Shown one piece after another: positions 38,087 through 40,687 of a stretch of 40,687 nucleotides of DNA (positions are counted from its first letter, which is position 1; each line of letters begins with the position of its first letter). The notes under the pieces were generated by a model, which made no database searches, had not been told where the DNA came from, and saw only the letters and a program-made list of their open reading frames with translations. This DNA is from an uncultured Dehalococcoidaceae bacterium (GTDB taxonomy: Bacteria; Chloroflexota; Dehalococcoidia; Dehalococcoidales; RBG-16-60-22), in contig CAYZOI010000004.1 in NCBI GenBank assembly GCA_964480145.1, forward strand, positions 1 to 40,687. The letters are read 5' to 3'. Made by a program: the position numbers and the translations under genes.

Positions 38087-38958
38087 TACTGGTTGATAAC
38101 GATACCAAGCTGCTTGTTCAGGGCATTACCGGCAGAGAAGCCTCCTTCCACACCCGGAAGTGTATCGAGTACGGCACCAACGTGGTGGCAGGTGTAACGC
38201 CCGGAAAAGGAGGCACCAGATGGGAGGAAGAGGTGCCTGTTTTCAACAGCGTGGAACAGGCAAGGGACGAAACCGGAGCCAATACCAGCCTGATTTTTGT
38301 CCCGGCCGCTTTTGCTTTTGATGCCATTATAGAAGCCGCGGATGCGGGTATCAGACTGGTTGCCTGCATCACCGAACATATCCCGGCGCTGGATGAACTT
38401 AAACTGCACCATTATCTCCGCGGCACGAACACCACTCTCATTGGACCTAACTGCCCCGGAGTCATTTCCCCGCCGGCCAAATGCAAAATAGGCATCATGC
38501 CCGGTTACATTCATAAACCGGGGAACGTAGGAGTGGTATCGCGTAGCGGAACGTTGACCTATGAAGTGGTCGCCCAGTTGACCGAACAGGGTCTGGGACA
38601 GTCCACGTGCGTGGGACTGGGCGGCGACCCCTTACCAGGCAGCAGTTTTGTGGCTATTTTGCAGCTTTTCCAGCAGGACCCGGAGACAAAGGCCGTGGTG
38701 CTCATAGGTGAAATCGGAGGCACCGGTGAGCAGGAGGCTGCGGAATTTATCCGCAAGCAGATGACCAAGCCGGTGATTACTTACATCGCCGGGATTTCGG
38801 CGCCACCGGGAAGAAGGATGGGGCACGCCGGAGCCATCATCAGCGGTAATGCCAGCAAAGCTTCGAATAAAATGGAATCGCTGGCCGCAGCCGGAGCCAC
38901 CGTAGTGGACAATTTTGCCCGGATAGGCCTTGCCACCAAAGAGGTACTGGGAAGCTGA
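38083..38958 (+). CDS. sucD: Succinate--CoA ligase alpha subunit-like
   Basis: [34 protein letters not shown], phospho-His MGHAGA. Confidence 0.95.
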   Translation: MILVDNDTKLLVQGITGREASFHTRKCIEYGTNVVAGVTPGKGGTRWEEEVPVFNSVEQARDETGANTSLIFVPAAFAFDAIIEAADAGIRLVACITEHIPALDELKLHHYLRGTNTTLIGPNCPGVISPPAKCKIGIMPGYIHKPGNVGVVSRSGTLTYEVVAQLTEQGLGQSTCVGLGGDPLPGSSFVAILQLFQQDPETKAVVLIGEIGGTGEQEAAEFIRKQMTKPVITYIAGISAPPGRRMGHAGAIISGNASKASNKMESLAAAGATVVDNFARIGLATKEVLGS

Positions 38959-39006
38959 ACATTAATATATATATGCTTCACCGGACGGCGGTTGGAACAG
39001 GCATAC

Positions 39007-39036
39007 TTGAGACATATCGTGAGGTAAGGATATAAT
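39007..39036 (+). promoter_or_regulatory. Putative promoter TTGAGA-N18-TATAAT directly before the beta-CASP gene
   Basis: -10 at 39031-39036, 5 nt before ATG 39042. Confidence 0.5.
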
Positions 39037-39041
39037 AATAT

Positions 39042-40454
39042 ATGCGGGCTAAACTTACATTTTTGGGTGCGGCGCGCAACGTCACCGGCTCCTGCTATCT
39101 TCTGGAGGTTGACGATGCCCGCGTGCTGGTTGACTGCGGGCTGTATCAGGAACGCAAATATCAGTACCGGAACTGGAATCCGTTTGCTTTCCGACCCGAT
39201 GAAATCGATGCTGTCTTTCTGACTCATGCCCACCTGGACCACTGCGGCCTGTTACCCAAGCTGGTGCGTGATGGCTACCGGGGCAAGATATTCTGCACGC
39301 AGGCAACCGCTGAGATAGCCCAAATCATACTGCTTGATTCGGCACACCTGCAGGAAGAAGACGCGGCCTACAAGGCGAAGCGCCACCGGCGCGAGGGGCG
39401 CCGTGGGCCGTACCCGGAAGTGCCTCTATATACGACCCGGGATGCGGAAGCGGTTGTACCTCATTTCGAGGCTGTAGAATATGATAGCTGTATCCGGGTG
39501 AAAGACGGCGTTGATGGATGCTTCTACGATGCCGGCCACGTGCTTGGCTCGGCGACTATCGCCATTAATATAACCATGGACGGGGAGAAGCGTCGTATTC
39601 TTTTCTCCGGTGATGTTGGCGAACCGGACCGTCCGATTATAAATGACCCGGCCATTTTCCATGAGGCAGATTATGTAGTCATCGAATCGACTTATGGTAA
39701 CCGCACCCACGCCGAGCACAAGAACATTGACATTCAGGTACAGCTGCGTGACTGCATCAACGAGACTATAAAGGCAGGTGGCAACATCGTTGTGCCCAGC
39801 TTTGCGTTAGAACGCAGCCAGGAACTGCTCTACCATTTGAACGACCTCTTCCTGCGCGACGAAATCCCGCCGGTAACCATTTTCCTGGACAGTCCCATGG
39901 CAATACGCATCACCGAGGTCTTCAAGCGCCATGCTGAACTCTTCGACAGCGAGATGATGCAGCACTTACGCCAGGGGAATTCACCTTTCGGCTTTGACAA
40001 CCTGAAGATGGTGCAGACTGCGGAGGAGTCAAAAGCAATCAACTTTATAAAGGGGAGCGCCGTAATAATAGCTGGCAGCGGCATGGTGACAGGTGGCCGT
40101 ATAAAGCACCATCTGGTGAATAACATTTCTCAACCCGAGAACACCGTCCTGTTCATTGGCTATCAGGCGGAGGGAACGCTGGGCAGACTACTTCTGGACG
40201 GAATTAGAGAAGTCCGGCTATTCGGGCAGACCTATCCGGTACGGGCGCGTATCGACAAGGTAGATGGATTTTCCGCTCATGCCGACCGCGAAGGTCTTTT
40301 AGCCTGGCTATCTGACATGCGTACGCCGCCCCGTTGCGTCTTCGCCACCCACGGCGAGGCAAAGGCCGCTCTCGCCTTTGCTTCATTTCTCAGTGCGCAG
40401 ACAGGCTGGCGAACACAGGCCCCGAGCTATCAGGATACCGCTTCGCTCGCCTGA
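39042..40454 (+). CDS. Metallo-beta-lactamase fold beta-CASP ribonuclease (YSH1/CPSF73-like)
   Basis: VTGS, VDCG, THAHLDH, AGHVLGS, SGD, ESTYG, FSAHAD, THGE. Confidence 0.93.
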   Translation: MRAKLTFLGAARNVTGSCYLLEVDDARVLVDCGLYQERKYQYRNWNPFAFRPDEIDAVFLTHAHLDHCGLLPKLVRDGYRGKIFCTQATAEIAQIILLDSAHLQEEDAAYKAKRHRREGRRGPYPEVPLYTTRDAEAVVPHFEAVEYDSCIRVKDGVDGCFYDAGHVLGSATIAINITMDGEKRRILFSGDVGEPDRPIINDPAIFHEADYVVIESTYGNRTHAEHKNIDIQVQLRDCINETIKAGGNIVVPSFALERSQELLYHLNDLFLRDEIPPVTIFLDSPMAIRITEVFKRHAELFDSEMMQHLRQGNSPFGFDNLKMVQTAEESKAINFIKGSAVIIAGSGMVTGGRIKHHLVNNISQPENTVLFIGYQAEGTLGRLLLDGIREVRLFGQTYPVRARIDKVDGFSAHADREGLLAWLSDMRTPPRCVFATHGEAKAALAFASFLSAQTGWRTQAPSYQDTASLA

Positions 40455-40583
40455 TAAACCACGTCCCGGTAATTATTTTTCAATCTTCAGGAATATCCAT
40501 TTTTGCCAATTGGCGAAATATTTGACATATTGATACGGGTATATGAGATAATTGGTTTATAGTAAAACCCCTTGAGAACTTGT

Positions 40584-40687
40584 TGGGGGGGGGGGGGGGG
40601 GTTTTTTGGGGGGGGGGGGGGGGGCCCCGGGGGGTTATTTACCCAAAGGGGGGGGAGGGGGGACGTTTTACTTGGGGCCAATTTGCC
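40584..40687. other. Low-complexity poly-G tail, probable sequencing/assembly artefact at the contig end
   Basis: Long G homopolymers broken by short T/C/A runs; abrupt compositional break at the window end. Confidence 0.8.

Noticed and set aside
40487-40681. Proline-rich 64-aa ORF / possible G-quadruplex region
   Set aside because: It derives from poly-G homopolymers at the sequence end, typical of sequencing artefacts.

Overview
This is a gene-dense, moderately GC-rich bacterial chromosomal segment. It is most consistent with Chloroflexota, probably Dehalococcoidia; this is inferred from the acVLRF1 gene, the Dehalococcoides-like cobamide operon order and a TolC-less MacAB. In order it holds: a 5'-truncated Dpp/Opp ABC operon; a 3-hydroxyacyl-CoA dehydrogenase; an apparent mutS2 + acVLRF1 (Vms1-like release factor) operon; a DUF362 Fe-S protein; a C45 peptidase; a B12-binding radical SAM enzyme; a GyrI-like gene remnant; an internalin-like LRR lipoprotein; two small ORFs; a Trp T-box-controlled trpEGDCFBA operon; a MacAB-like ABC exporter; a cobalamin-riboswitch-controlled btuFCD-cbiB-cobD-cobT-cobS-(DUF71/Dph6-like)-cobU operon; a divergent FAH / SDR-sucCD cluster, where sucC appears to start at ATA; and a beta-CASP nuclease. 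The window ends in a probable poly-G artefact. The best candidate for an undescribed system is the mutS2-acVLRF1 pair, a possible bacterial 'split, then Vms1-type release' ribosome rescue module. The second is the Dph6-like amide ligase in the cobC slot of the cobamide operon. No tRNA, rRNA, CRISPR array or mobile element was recognised. Family assignments come from motif recognition by eye, not database searches.
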